Shown: positions 39,341 to 50,557 of the stretch, one piece after another | Numbering within the stretch: position 1 is the first letter of the stretch | How the letters are laid out: every line of letters begins with the position of its first letter | IMG/VR virus record: IMGVR_UViG_3300021598_001506 | Span: 2,408 to 66,407 of that record | Source of the DNA: a virus | Lineage: Duplodnaviria; Caudoviricetes | Strand: one strand, 5' to 3' | Length of the DNA: 64,000 nucleotides | Translations under genes and position numbers: made by a program | Notes under the pieces: model-generated | The model's input: the letters and a program-made list of their open reading frames with translations, nothing else | Databases searched by the model: none | Told to the model about the DNA's origin: nothing

Positions 39341-42028
39341 ATGCCCGGCTTTTTAGGTGGTAGCTCAGGCGGCTCAAGCGGTGTTGGTGGAGAAATTAAC
39401 TTCCCAAAGGAGTTTATTGACCCAGTAACTAAACTTCGCGTATCCGAGCCTGAAAACCTCATCGATACCGACTTTGAATATGGTCTTCAGCCTACCAAGT
39501 GGGAAACTGTTGAGCTTATTAACAACACCCCATCATTCTTTTCTAAGTCTGGTGACACCACTATCCCCAACATCACTGCCATCACAACTAACGATGGCAC
39601 ACGTGAAATTACCGTCAGCACTGGCCTCCCACACGGGCTTGCGGTCGGTATTCCTATTAACGTAACAGGAACAAAATCAATTACAGCCGATGGTGCATAC
39701 ATCATCAACTCTATTCCGAACCCAACTACTTTCACCTACCTATGTCGCGACATTCAGCTAGGCAATAACTCTATTGAGGACCTCTACTCCTCAGTTATTA
39801 CAGGTGAGTTTTTCCAAGGTTCGCAGCTACGTCTAGCAGACGCTGCTGGTATTACAACAGACGGTGAATCAATTTCAACACTTACTGTTACAACAGGTTC
39901 TACTCACGGTTTTTATGTTGACACTCCGTTCTACTTCCTGAACCTAAACTCAACTATTTCGCAGGAATTCCCTGCAAATAACAACGAAGCTAAGTCTTTT
40001 GACGCTTCTAACTCTGCTGTAGCACAGACATTTGACGGTTCTAACACTCTTTCTCAAATCAACATTGACTGGTCTAACTCTGCAACTGTAGCTGGTGTTA
40101 CTAGCACAGTTAATATGAATGCCCAGAACCTTGTGAACAACACTATTACTGTTGCTCACGGTACAGAAAATTTTGCAAATAGACCTGTTGGAACTCCGTT
40201 TTACCATGATGTTGTATCTGGAGGCGGATATTTTGCTACTAATCCTCGCGGCGTTGTCTTCCTAAAAACAGCAACTGCTCTAGGAACTTCTAGCTCTACT
40301 TTCCAAGTTTCAGCAGTTCCAGATGGCGATGTCATTGAAATCCCAACCACAATGACAGGAACATTCCAGCTAGCTAACCAAGCACGTACTTTTGCTGGAA
40401 ACAACACAAACTCTCTTACAGAAGTTGTGGTTGATATTGTTAAAGATGCTCCAAAAGTTTTTGATGGTGCAAACAGCTCTGTTCAAGTAGGTCAAGTAAC
40501 TTCTTATAGTGGTTCTCTAGTAAACGTCACTTCAGCGCAAGCAGTTCCTCTTGAGTGGTATTTCGGAGCTATGGTTTTCTATACCACCACTGGTACTGCT
40601 GCAAACGGACTTACAAATAACACCACTTATTTTATTGACTCATTCTTCTCTACTGGCGGGCTTAACTACGCCTTCACTTTAAAGCCTCTTCCAACTGGAA
40701 CAACAATTACCTCAATTTCTGGTGGAACTGGTACACAAACATTTAAGCAAATTGGTGTTTCTCCAGATAAAGACATTTTCCACGTAAAAGACCATGGCTA
40801 TGCTCGTTTTGACATGCTTCGCTATGTTTCACCCGAGAACGGTGCTTTTACAGTAGTTGACTCATCTCAAGTCAAAAATTTCTACTTTGTGGCTACAGTT
40901 ATTGACCAACACAACTTCACTTTGAATCAGACCGTTGGTGAGCTAAGTCCGTTAACTATTTCAAGAACAGGATTTTCTAGATACGCAATTACTCCAACAA
41001 CCGTAACGGCTATTGGTATGACTGCACCTATTACTTATGCAGTCACAAGCGGAACTCTTCCATCAGGTTTGAGTCTTAATCCTTCAACTGGTGTTGTTTC
41101 TGGAACACCTACAGAAAATATCGCTGTTCCAGGTCGTCAAGTTATTATTACTGGTACAGACGTAGACGGAATCTCTGCATTTCAAGTACATACATATCAG
41201 TTTGATCAACCACCTGCTTTGTATTCATTCTCAAGCGTTACCTTTACACCGGGTGGTGCTGGCGGTGCTGGTGGACCTAACCTTTCTCAAGTTCGTTCTG
41301 GAGCTGGAAACCCTTCATGGGGTAACGAGTACATTCAAATGCCTGGTAACACAGGAACATTTGTATGGACAGTTCCAGAGGTTGCAACATATCGCGTAGA
41401 AGCTTATGGAGCTGCTGGAGGTTGGTCACCTAGCTGGGGTACTCGTGGTGGCTACGGAACTCGTATGCGTGGAGATTTTGCTTGGGGTCTTGGTGACACT
41501 ATCAAGATGGCTATTGGTCAAGCTGGAGGTAGCTCAAGCGAGAGCGGCGGTGGTGGCGGCGGTACATTCGTAGCTCGTCAATCTGACAACTTGCCATACC
41601 TTGTTGCTGGTGGCGGCGGCGGTTCAGGCGCTGGTTGGTATTCATATTCAGATGCAACAACAGGTACCTCTTCTCGAGGCTCTAACTCATATGGTGGAGC
41701 AGGTGGCGGTAACGGTGGTAACGGTGAAGCATTTGGCGGTGGCGGTGGCTTCTACGGAAATGGTGGTGGCTGGGCAGGACCTGGTACATCATTCGTAAAC
41801 GGTGCATACGGCGGTAACTACAACGGACCAAACGGTGGTTTTGGTGGCGGTGGAGCAGGTCGCGCATGGGCTGGTGGAGCAGGTGGCGGTGGTGGATACG
41901 CTGGAGGACCTGGTTCATGGTGGTCATCCGCTGGCGGTGGCGCTGGTTCATATAACAATGGAACCAACCAGAGCAACTCAGAAGTTTCTGGTGGCGGTAA
42001 CGGTCAAATTTCAATCACGAGACTATAG
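39341..42028 (+). CDS. large virion structural protein with Ig-like and glycine-rich C-terminal domains
   Basis: KLRVSEP..LIDTDFEYGLQPTKWE N-terminus; GTLPSGLSL Ig-like motif; Gly-rich C-terminal domain. Confidence 0.75.
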   Translation: MPGFLGGSSGGSSGVGGEINFPKEFIDPVTKLRVSEPENLIDTDFEYGLQPTKWETVELINNTPSFFSKSGDTTIPNITAITTNDGTREITVSTGLPHGLAVGIPINVTGTKSITADGAYIINSIPNPTTFTYLCRDIQLGNNSIEDLYSSVITGEFFQGSQLRLADAAGITTDGESISTLTVTTGSTHGFYVDTPFYFLNLNSTISQEFPANNNEAKSFDASNSAVAQTFDGSNTLSQINIDWSNSATVAGVTSTVNMNAQNLVNNTITVAHGTENFANRPVGTPFYHDVVSGGGYFATNPRGVVFLKTATALGTSSSTFQVSAVPDGDVIEIPTTMTGTFQLANQARTFAGNNTNSLTEVVVDIVKDAPKVFDGANSSVQVGQVTSYSGSLVNVTSAQAVPLEWYFGAMVFYTTTGTAANGLTNNTTYFIDSFFSTGGLNYAFTLKPLPTGTTITSISGGTGTQTFKQIGVSPDKDIFHVKDHGYARFDMLRYVSPENGAFTVVDSSQVKNFYFVATVIDQHNFTLNQTVGELSPLTISRTGFSRYAITPTTVTAIGMTAPITYAVTSGTLPSGLSLNPSTGVVSGTPTENIAVPGRQVIITGTDVDGISAFQVHTYQFDQPPALYSFSSVTFTPGGAGGAGGPNLSQVRSGAGNPSWGNEYIQMPGNTGTFVWTVPEVATYRVEAYGAAGGWSPSWGTRGGYGTRMRGDFAWGLGDTIKMAIGQAGGSSSESGGGGGGTFVARQSDNLPYLVAGGGGGSGAGWYSYSDATTGTSSRGSNSYGGAGGGNGGNGEAFGGGGGFYGNGGGWAGPGTSFVNGAYGGNYNGPNGGFGGGGAGRAWAGGAGGGGGYAGGPGSWWSSAGGGAGSYNNGTNQSNSEVSGGGNGQISITRL

Positions 42029-42043
42029 CAAAGAGGAACATAA

Positions 42044-45000
42044 ATGCCTATTAACGTGACAGCAGCTGGTGCTACTGGTACTCACTCTTTTTCTAGAGTA
42101 AACGTGAATCTTGATGAAGATTTTATCTACTTTAAGAACACAGCCCCAAACGTTATCCCAGCGGCGCTAGCTCCTGGAGTGGCATTTTTGTACACATCTG
42201 GTGTTGGTTCAGTTACAGGATTTACTGAGAATGGTCTTGTCTATGTAACTACAACTCAACCAAAGAAACTGCAATTTAGTACAACTTTTAATGGTTCAGC
42301 GGTTAATCTTACTAATAGCACAGCTGGTTCAATTAAGTTCAATACTCCAATTGTTTACGCAAATAAGCTAAACATTGACGCATCAACACCAACAAATCAG
42401 GCAGTAAAGTACTACACAAACGGAACTCCTCTTACTGGTTTGACTAGTGGAGATACATACTTCCTAAAGAACGTATCAATTTCTGAGTTTGCTGGTTCAC
42501 AGGCGCTTTACGCTTTCAGTACCCACACCTTTACAACCTGTGGAAAAACAGGTCGTGTTGGCCCTACCCAAACGGAAATGCGTAACTCTTATAACACCAC
42601 TTGGGACGATACATACATATCTCAAGGAGCATTTGTTGGTTATCAAGACTGGACAGTTCCTGTTTCTGGTATTTACAGCTTTAACGTTCGTGGCGCTTCT
42701 GGTTTTGATGGTAACGGAGCTGGTGGTGTAGGCCGCGGAGCTATTGTTGAAGGACGTGTTGCTTTAACTAAAGGTGAAATTATTACAATCGCTGTCGGTC
42801 AACGCGGTGAACAAGGTGGAAGTGCTACATGGGGTGGCTCTGGTGGTGGAACATTTGTTGTTCGTAAAACTGGTAACGAGCCTTTGTTTATTGCTGGTGG
42901 TGGTTCTGCTGAATCAAACTCTGGTGCTGGACGAGATGGTGTTCTTACAAGACTTGGTGGTACATCTACCAATGGTCAGCAAGCTGGCGGTAGTGTTGGT
43001 TTTGGTGGTCGTGCACAAAGCCCTCTTGGTTATTCTGCTGCTGGTGGAGGTTTCTTCTCTCGCGGACAGAACGGTAGCTTTAGCTCAGAACCAACATTTG
43101 GTGGTGGTTCATTCCTAGACGGTCTAACCATGGGAACCAACATTCGCACTGGTGGTTATGGTGGTTTTGGTGGCGGTGGTCAATCTGACGGTAACCGCGT
43201 AGGTCAGTCTGGTGGTGGTGGTGGCTACTCTGGTGGTGGCGGTGCTCGTTCTACAACTGCAAACCAGTCTGGTGGTGGTGGTGGTTCATTTATCGTATCT
43301 ACTGCTACAAGTGTTGCAACTTCTAATGGTTTATTTGATGGAGCAAACACATTTAATGGTTCTCCAATTTCAAATCTTTCTTCTTACCACACAGGTGAAG
43401 GTCAAGTTATTGTAAGTCTAGTTTCTAGCTTTACAACTGGTAACAGTGTCCACCCAACAGCACAGGACGCAGAAAATGGTACAAATGCAATTGCAGTTGC
43501 ACCAGCTGGTTCTTCATACCACGCTTTTGTGCCAATTAGCTTGGACATTCAAAACGACCAAATCCATAGTGCTGCCCCACACACTCTTACAAATGGTGAA
43601 GCAGTTCAAGTGAACTTCAATGGAGTTCCTCCAGTTGGAATAACAAATGGATCAATTTATTACATAAATACAGTCAGTGCGTTTAGCTATCGATTGAGCA
43701 CCACTCCTGCACCATCGTTTACAAATATTAATCTAACTGCTCCGTCTTCTCGAGAAGTCGCAACAACTGCTAAGTTGAGTCGTGTTGTTGTAAATACAGC
43801 TACTGATACTCTAACTATCAATAACCACGGATTCTTAGTAGACCAACCTCTACGTTACAACGTTGGTGATGGAACAGCTATTGCTCCTCTTATTGATCAA
43901 GCTACATACTATGTGGCTGAAGTTATCAATGCTAACCAAATTAGGTTGAAATCTTCTTTGAACGCACCTACTTACATCAACTTCACTAACACTGGTACTG
44001 GTACTGGTCACAGCTTTATCTTCTTGACTGTTAACGCTCTTGAAGATACTTTGTACATTCCAAACCACGGACTAGTGTCTGGTCAAGCAATTCGCTACTC
44101 AAAGGGTGGAGTTTCAAACGTTGTTATTCCAGGTTTGACTGATAACAACACCTACTACATTGTTAAAGTTGACAACAGCATTGTTCGTCTTGCTACAAAC
44201 AAAGCATTGAGCATTATTGCAAACATCACTAACCAAGACCCATGGCCAGCAACTGGTACTCATTCGCTGTTTATTACATCGCTTGATTACACAACTGACA
44301 CAATCACTCTTCCAAGTCACGGATTCTTGCAGGGAGAGCTTGTTGAGTATGACTCAAAGGGTCAGACAGTTGTCAATGGTTTGACTACTGCTACTCCATA
44401 TTACGTAATTTTCGTAGATGGTGACAACATTAAGTTGGCAACTACTCCTGAAAATGCTGATGCAGGTACAGCTGTTGATTTAACAGCAAGCCCAGCTGGT
44501 GTTGGACGCCATACTCTACGTTCTTTGTCAAAGACTCCAGATGGTATTTACACCATCACTTCTACACCTTCTCCTCAGACATTTACTGTCGAGGCAGCTG
44601 GAAACGTTCCAATTATTACAAAGGTGTTTAACCCAAGAGGCACAATTGACCTTGAGCTAAATACTTTCTTTATTCCTTCTCACGGTTTTACAACTGGAAC
44701 AAAAGTTACATATGACCAAGGAGATGCTGCAACCGATATTGCTGGTTTGACAAACAACACTGATTATTATGTTGTTGCAATCAACCGTGACTATCTACGT
44801 CTAGCAACTTCAGCGGAAAATGCTGCAGCTGGTATTACTCTTAACATCAGCGACCACGGTACTGGTGTTGGTCACAAGCTTATTACTGACCAAATCAACG
44901 GTAACGTAACTGGTTCAGGAACCGTATCTGTTTCATCTGGTTCTGTTCTTGTTAACGGTACTGGTACTGCGTTCTCGAAGATTCTAAAAGTGGGAGACCG

Positions 45001-48000
45001 TTTCCGTCTATTCCCACCTAACATAACTAAGCAGCATGGAACTATGGTTTTTGGTGCTGCAGATGTAAACACAACTACAAACTTGATTACAAAGAGCAAC
45101 ACTTTCACTACAGGAACACAAGTTGTGTTCTCTGCTGGTGGTGGAACCGCGCCAGCCCCTCTAGTAGAAGGAGCTACCTACTTTGTAAGAGCAGTTAGCG
45201 CTGGGTCTACTATGACTCTTCACCCAACATCAACTGATGCTACTAACAATACAAACATTATTGACCTCACAACAGTTGGTACTGGAAGTAATTTCTCGAT
45301 ATCTAGCACAGTAAAAACATTTGCTGACGCTGATGTGAACACAACTAACAACAGAATTGTTGACACTCACAACTTTGCTACTGGTGATGTTGTTAAGTTT
45401 GCAGCAAATGGTGGTGTACCACCAACACCTCTAGTTGATGGTTACTACTACTATGTTCGTGCAGTTTCTAACACAGAAATTACTCTGCATACTACATTGA
45501 ACGATGCTCAAAATAACCTTCAGGCTCTTGACTTCAGTACACAAGGTACTGGTACAGGGTTCACTCTTACAAACACTGTTCCAGTAGGTCCAATCATTCG
45601 TCGTATCACCGCGATTGGTGGAGATACTCAGATTACAGTGGACCGTCCGTATGCAAACGCATATAGCGCTGTTTCTTACTCATACCCAACATTCGTCTAT
45701 GTACGTCCTCAGGGCTACTCACTACACCGTCCATTCGATGGCGGTGTTGAGATGTCAGTAGGTGCTAAGACATCGTTTGGTCAAATTGTTCGTCAGACTC
45801 GTAAGTACTTCCGTTACCAGTCAGGTAAGGGTATTCAGTCTTCTTGCGGTGTTAACTTCCAGCCTTCAATTGACCTTGAGAGCATGAGACAGTTCAGCTC
45901 ACTTACAGTTGAATGTAAGACTCGTCGTCCTCACGGACTTGTTTCTGGTCTCTTTATTGTAGTAAATGGTGCAGAAGATTCTTACGGAAATACAAGCACT
46001 GTTTACAACGGAGAGTTCCAAGTAACAGTTGTTGACCTAACAACATTCCGATTTACTTCTACAGAACCAATTATTGAAAACCGTGCTTACGGATTCCCTC
46101 AGTTCTATGTTCGTGAGTGGTCAAACGGTGCTGTTCGTGAAGGTATGTTCGACTTCCAGAACGGTGCATTCTTTGAGTTTGATGGTGAAGCTATCTACGC
46201 CGTACGTCGTTCATCTACTCAACAGCTAGCAGGTACAGCAGCTGCTCTACAAGGATCAGAGCTTATCTTTGGAACAAACACAGCGTTCCAAGCTCAGGTT
46301 GCAGTTGGTGACTTTATTGTTATGCGTGGTCAGTCTTACAGAATTACAGAGATTGAGTCAGATACACGTATGTCAATTCGCCCTGAGTATAAGGGTTCTT
46401 CTGGAACAGAAAAAGAATTCAACCCTCAGACTCAAGTCAATACAACCACTGACATCTTTACAATCATTGGTCATGGTTTTGCTGATCGTCTACCAGTTAT
46501 TTACAACTCCATTGACGGTGAGCCTATTGGTGGAATGATTAACGGTCGTACTTACTACGTTGATTTGATTAACAACAACAGCTTTAAACTTGTTGCTGAC
46601 CCAGATTCTGAGATTAACGTAGATTTGTCTACTACAGGAACAACTACAGTTCACTCATTTGTACCTGCTAAGTCAGGTATTGTTATGACAAAGACTGTAG
46701 ATACCCGAGTTCCTCAAAGTCAGTGGAACATTGACGTTTGCGACGGTTCTGGTCCTACAGGTTACAACCTAAATATTTCTCGTATTCAGATGGCTTACAT
46801 TGACTACTCTTGGTACGGTGCGGGTAAGATTCGCTTCGGTTTCAAGACTACAGATGGTCAAGTACAGTACGTTCACGAGTTCGTTCACAACAACAACTTG
46901 TTCGAGTCATACTTCCGTTCAGGTAACTTGCCAGGTCGTTATGAAGTTGTAACTTACGAGAACCCAACTTACATTCCTTACCTCTTCCACTGGGGTACCT
47001 CGGTCATCATGGATGGTCGTTTCGATGATGACAACGCATACCTCTTCACTGGTTCAAGCCAGACTCTCGAGGTTAGAGGAACAACCGCTAAGTCATTTGC
47101 TTCATCTGGTATCAACCTAACAACTGACTTGTTTACTGTACAGAGTCACGGTTTTGCAACTGGTGATTTGCTACAGTTCCAGTCAATTGCTACTAACGGA
47201 TTCCCAGGTAATAACCTTTTGAACCCAGCAACTCAGGTTGTCGGTTCTAACACAAGAGCTAACTTGACTAACGATGCGTTGTATGGAGTTCTGGTCAACT
47301 CACCTAACTTGATTCACTTGACTCCTCCAAACGTAACTATTTCAAGAGGAGCTGGTTATAGTGGTGGTCAAGCTATCACAAGCGCTCAATCTGGTAATAC
47401 TGTAACTATTACAACCACACTTCCACACAACCTATCAACTGGTATGTATGTCGGTGTATACGGCTCAACCCGTGTGCCAAATGGTCCGTTCTATGTGACA
47501 GTTTCTAACGCAACTACATTTACATACACTGCCTCAACGTCGGCAACAGTTGCTAGCGCAGCTGATAATACAATTATCATGTGTGAAGTTATCAACTTTA
47601 CTACCCAAGGAAATACTCAGTACACCTACTTCTTGTATCCAAATGGCTCATTGAATAACACATCTGGTCCTAACTACCAGCCATTGTTATCAATTCGCCT
47701 CTCTCCTTCAGTATCTGAAGGTTTGACAGGTAAGCTTGGTGACCGAGACGTTATCAACCGAATGCAGTTACGTTTGCAGGAAATTGGTGTGTCTACGACA
47801 CAGTTGGTTGACTGTAAGGTTCTTCTAAATCCACGTCTAAACAACCTAAACTTCGTGGGTGTAGATACACCTTCCTTGACTCAAATTGTTGAGCACACAG
47901 CTCAGGACACAGTATCTGGTGGAGTTCAGGTTTACAACTTCCGTGCTGCTGGTGGTGCTAGCGGTGCTGAAGACACCACTGTGGTAGATGTTTCAAGCCT

Positions 48001-48142
48001 GTTTGAGTTGTCAAACTCTATTCTTGGTGGAGACTCAATTTTCCCAGATGGTCCAGACATCTTGACAATTGCAGTATCTAGATTGACTGGTAACGCTACA
48101 GTAACCTCAGCGAAGATGTCATGGGCAGAAGCTCAGGCGTAG
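42044..48142 (+). CDS. giant virion structural protein with Gly-rich domain and many HGF..G..V.Y repeats
   Basis: 2032 aa; repeated HG(F/L)..G..(V/L).Y...GL....YYV...KLA units; RQTRKYFRYQSGKG and YSWYGAG motifs. Confidence 0.78.
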   Translation: MPINVTAAGATGTHSFSRVNVNLDEDFIYFKNTAPNVIPAALAPGVAFLYTSGVGSVTGFTENGLVYVTTTQPKKLQFSTTFNGSAVNLTNSTAGSIKFNTPIVYANKLNIDASTPTNQAVKYYTNGTPLTGLTSGDTYFLKNVSISEFAGSQALYAFSTHTFTTCGKTGRVGPTQTEMRNSYNTTWDDTYISQGAFVGYQDWTVPVSGIYSFNVRGASGFDGNGAGGVGRGAIVEGRVALTKGEIITIAVGQRGEQGGSATWGGSGGGTFVVRKTGNEPLFIAGGGSAESNSGAGRDGVLTRLGGTSTNGQQAGGSVGFGGRAQSPLGYSAAGGGFFSRGQNGSFSSEPTFGGGSFLDGLTMGTNIRTGGYGGFGGGGQSDGNRVGQSGGGGGYSGGGGARSTTANQSGGGGGSFIVSTATSVATSNGLFDGANTFNGSPISNLSSYHTGEGQVIVSLVSSFTTGNSVHPTAQDAENGTNAIAVAPAGSSYHAFVPISLDIQNDQIHSAAPHTLTNGEAVQVNFNGVPPVGITNGSIYYINTVSAFSYRLSTTPAPSFTNINLTAPSSREVATTAKLSRVVVNTATDTLTINNHGFLVDQPLRYNVGDGTAIAPLIDQATYYVAEVINANQIRLKSSLNAPTYINFTNTGTGTGHSFIFLTVNALEDTLYIPNHGLVSGQAIRYSKGGVSNVVIPGLTDNNTYYIVKVDNSIVRLATNKALSIIANITNQDPWPATGTHSLFITSLDYTTDTITLPSHGFLQGELVEYDSKGQTVVNGLTTATPYYVIFVDGDNIKLATTPENADAGTAVDLTASPAGVGRHTLRSLSKTPDGIYTITSTPSPQTFTVEAAGNVPIITKVFNPRGTIDLELNTFFIPSHGFTTGTKVTYDQGDAATDIAGLTNNTDYYVVAINRDYLRLATSAENAAAGITLNISDHGTGVGHKLITDQINGNVTGSGTVSVSSGSVLVNGTGTAFSKILKVGDRFRLFPPNITKQHGTMVFGAADVNTTTNLITKSNTFTTGTQVVFSAGGGTAPAPLVEGATYFVRAVSAGSTMTLHPTSTDATNNTNIIDLTTVGTGSNFSISSTVKTFADADVNTTNNRIVDTHNFATGDVVKFAANGGVPPTPLVDGYYYYVRAVSNTEITLHTTLNDAQNNLQALDFSTQGTGTGFTLTNTVPVGPIIRRITAIGGDTQITVDRPYANAYSAVSYSYPTFVYVRPQGYSLHRPFDGGVEMSVGAKTSFGQIVRQTRKYFRYQSGKGIQSSCGVNFQPSIDLESMRQFSSLTVECKTRRPHGLVSGLFIVVNGAEDSYGNTSTVYNGEFQVTVVDLTTFRFTSTEPIIENRAYGFPQFYVREWSNGAVREGMFDFQNGAFFEFDGEAIYAVRRSSTQQLAGTAAALQGSELIFGTNTAFQAQVAVGDFIVMRGQSYRITEIESDTRMSIRPEYKGSSGTEKEFNPQTQVNTTTDIFTIIGHGFADRLPVIYNSIDGEPIGGMINGRTYYVDLINNNSFKLVADPDSEINVDLSTTGTTTVHSFVPAKSGIVMTKTVDTRVPQSQWNIDVCDGSGPTGYNLNISRIQMAYIDYSWYGAGKIRFGFKTTDGQVQYVHEFVHNNNLFESYFRSGNLPGRYEVVTYENPTYIPYLFHWGTSVIMDGRFDDDNAYLFTGSSQTLEVRGTTAKSFASSGINLTTDLFTVQSHGFATGDLLQFQSIATNGFPGNNLLNPATQVVGSNTRANLTNDALYGVLVNSPNLIHLTPPNVTISRGAGYSGGQAITSAQSGNTVTITTTLPHNLSTGMYVGVYGSTRVPNGPFYVTVSNATTFTYTASTSATVASAADNTIIMCEVINFTTQGNTQYTYFLYPNGSLNNTSGPNYQPLLSIRLSPSVSEGLTGKLGDRDVINRMQLRLQEIGVSTTQLVDCKVLLNPRLNNLNFVGVDTPSLTQIVEHTAQDTVSGGVQVYNFRAAGGASGAEDTTVVDVSSLFELSNSILGGDSIFPDGPDILTIAVSRLTGNATVTSAKMSWAEAQA

Positions 48143-48151
48143 GAGAGACAC

Positions 48152-50545
48152 ATGCCAATTCAGCGACTTGGGATTCAGAACCCAACGGGTAATACTGATA
48201 CTGTTCTTGCTACATTTTCTGAAGCGCACCTTGTTTCAGTAATTATTGCCAATAAAGGTGTAGTAGCAGTACCAGCATGTAAAGTAAGTATTTGGATTGC
48301 ACCAGCTAATGCTGTAATCGCTCTTAACTTTGCGTACATTGCTTTTAACTTAGATGTACCTGTTGGCTCTTCTTTTGAAACCTTTAGATTTGCTGTCAAT
48401 CCAGGCGACACACTTTGGGTACGTTCTAGTACATCAAATGCTTCATTTAGCTGTGTAGGTATCGCTCAAGAGGATTCAGCTCTTCCTGAAAACCTCGTAC
48501 AAACTTTTACTAATAAAGAAATTAGAGGTTTGTATAACACTGTTTATATTGACATTGGAACAACAGCAGAGCGTCGCTCTACTGCTGAAGTTGGTTATGT
48601 TCGATTTAATACAGAACTAAATGGTGGTGCAGGTGCTCTAGAGCAGAAGACTACAAACGGCTGGGAAATTGTAGGTACTGGTGTAACTTCTGGACCAACT
48701 GGTCCAACTGGAGCCGCTGGCGCTACTGGACCAACTGGTCCATCTGGTGGCCCAACAGGTCCTACTGGTACTACAGGCCCAACTGGTGCTACTGGTCCTG
48801 TTGGTCTAGGTGGTAATGAAGGCCCAACTGGTGCTACTGGTCCACAGGGTCCAGCTGGTCCGCAAGCAACAAGCATTAATTTATTAGGTGGAGTAGCTAA
48901 CTTTGCTGCACTTCCTTCCACTGGGAATACCGAAAATGATGCATATGTAACTCTTGATACACGAGATGTTTATTTGTGGACTGGAACTTCTTGGTCAAAT
49001 CTTGGTCCTATTTATGGAGCAACTGGACCAACTGGGTCTACAGGTCCAACAGGTGCCGCATCTACCGTGGTAGGACCTACTGGTGCTACTGGCCCAGCAG
49101 GTGCTGCTGGTCCTACAGGCCCTCAGGGAGACGCATCTATTATTCCAGGACCGACTGGTGCACAGGGTGTAACTGGTCCAACGGGAGCTACTGGACCGAC
49201 TGGTGCCACTGGCTCAACTGGTCCAACTGGCTCACAAGGTATTACTGGACCTGCTGGAACAAATATTGTTATGAAGGGTAGTGTTGCTGATTTCGCTTCT
49301 CTACCATCATCAGGAAACACTTTATATGACGCTTATGTAACTCTGGATACAGGCGATACTTACATGTGGACTGGTTCTGCATGGGTCAATCTTGGAGCAA
49401 TTGCTGGACCAGTAGGTCCTACAGGTGCGACAGGTGCGACAGGTTCTACTGGTGATACTGGACCAACTGGTCCATCTGGTGGCCCAACAGGTCCTACTGG
49501 TGCAACTGGACCTGTCGGTCCTCAGGGACCAGGCAGCTCTAGTGTTGCAGTAGTTGAGACAGTAGATTCAACTGCATTTGTCGGTCTTTATGAAGATTTA
49601 ACAGGTATTCAAGGTGGTAAAACTAATCAAGGAATCACCTTCGATGCTTCTACACAAAAACTTATTGTGTCTCAGATTGAGACCCCTACAATCCTTCCTC
49701 CTGCTTCAGGAGTTGGAACATTTACTGTAAGTTCTCCAACAACTTTAACTCTTGATGCAGAGAGTGAAGTTATTTCTAACGCACCATTTAAACTTTTAAG
49801 TTCTACTGTTGCTGCTCTATCTAGCTTAACTGCTAGTGCTGGTGCAATTATTTACGTAAGTGATGCACCAATTGGATCCCAGTTGTATTACTACAACGGA
49901 ACTCAATGGGTTGAGATTGAAGGAACTGGTCAAGGACCTACTGGACCAACAGGTGCTACAGGTCCATCTGGTGGACCTACTGGACCAACAGGAGCAGTCG
50001 GTTCAACAGGACCTACAGGCCCTGCAGTAACAGGACCAACAGGAGCAGTCGGTTCAACAGGACCTACTGGACCTACAGGTTCACAAGGTGTTACTGGCCC
50101 TACAGGACCAGCAGGTACTACTAACTTTGGCTCTTTGAATGACATCACTTCTGCTTCAGTAACTGTTGATGAAATTTATGAACCAGCAATTACTATGCTA
50201 CGAGTTGTTAATCAAGGTACAACTGCCTATAGATTTACAAGTCACTACGGATTGTCTAACAACCCAACAATTTATGCTATCTCTGGAACTACTATTGCTT
50301 TCAATCTTGCTAATGCTGGTCACCCATTTGCAATCCAAACAGCAGATGGAAACAACTTTAGTGAAGGTTTAGTCCACGTAGACACAAATGGTGTTGTTTC
50401 TACCGATTCAAATGCTCAAGGTAAGAGCTCAGGAACTCTTTATTGGAGAATCAGACAAAACCTTACTGGTGGATATAGATATCAATGTTTGTCACACCCA
50501 GCGATGGGCAACACTATCGTAATTAAAGATATCTCGGCTATCTAA
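48152..50545 (+). CDS. collagen-like protein with C-terminal cupredoxin-like domain
   Basis: N-domain SFETFRFA shared with 52201; GPT tracts; C-terminal GHPF...[10 protein letters not shown]. Confidence 0.8.
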   Translation: MPIQRLGIQNPTGNTDTVLATFSEAHLVSVIIANKGVVAVPACKVSIWIAPANAVIALNFAYIAFNLDVPVGSSFETFRFAVNPGDTLWVRSSTSNASFSCVGIAQEDSALPENLVQTFTNKEIRGLYNTVYIDIGTTAERRSTAEVGYVRFNTELNGGAGALEQKTTNGWEIVGTGVTSGPTGPTGAAGATGPTGPSGGPTGPTGTTGPTGATGPVGLGGNEGPTGATGPQGPAGPQATSINLLGGVANFAALPSTGNTENDAYVTLDTRDVYLWTGTSWSNLGPIYGATGPTGSTGPTGAASTVVGPTGATGPAGAAGPTGPQGDASIIPGPTGAQGVTGPTGATGPTGATGSTGPTGSQGITGPAGTNIVMKGSVADFASLPSSGNTLYDAYVTLDTGDTYMWTGSAWVNLGAIAGPVGPTGATGATGSTGDTGPTGPSGGPTGPTGATGPVGPQGPGSSSVAVVETVDSTAFVGLYEDLTGIQGGKTNQGITFDASTQKLIVSQIETPTILPPASGVGTFTVSSPTTLTLDAESEVISNAPFKLLSSTVAALSSLTASAGAIIYVSDAPIGSQLYYYNGTQWVEIEGTGQGPTGPTGATGPSGGPTGPTGAVGSTGPTGPAVTGPTGAVGSTGPTGPTGSQGVTGPTGPAGTTNFGSLNDITSASVTVDEIYEPAITMLRVVNQGTTAYRFTSHYGLSNNPTIYAISGTTIAFNLANAGHPFAIQTADGNNFSEGLVHVDTNGVVSTDSNAQGKSSGTLYWRIRQNLTGGYRYQCLSHPAMGNTIVIKDISAI

Positions 50546-50557
50546 TAGGACTGGTAC

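Noticed and set aside
42026-42046. TAG read-through fusing the two giant in-frame structural genes
   Set aside because: The 15-nt gap contains an in-frame TAA and its own SD (GAGGA)
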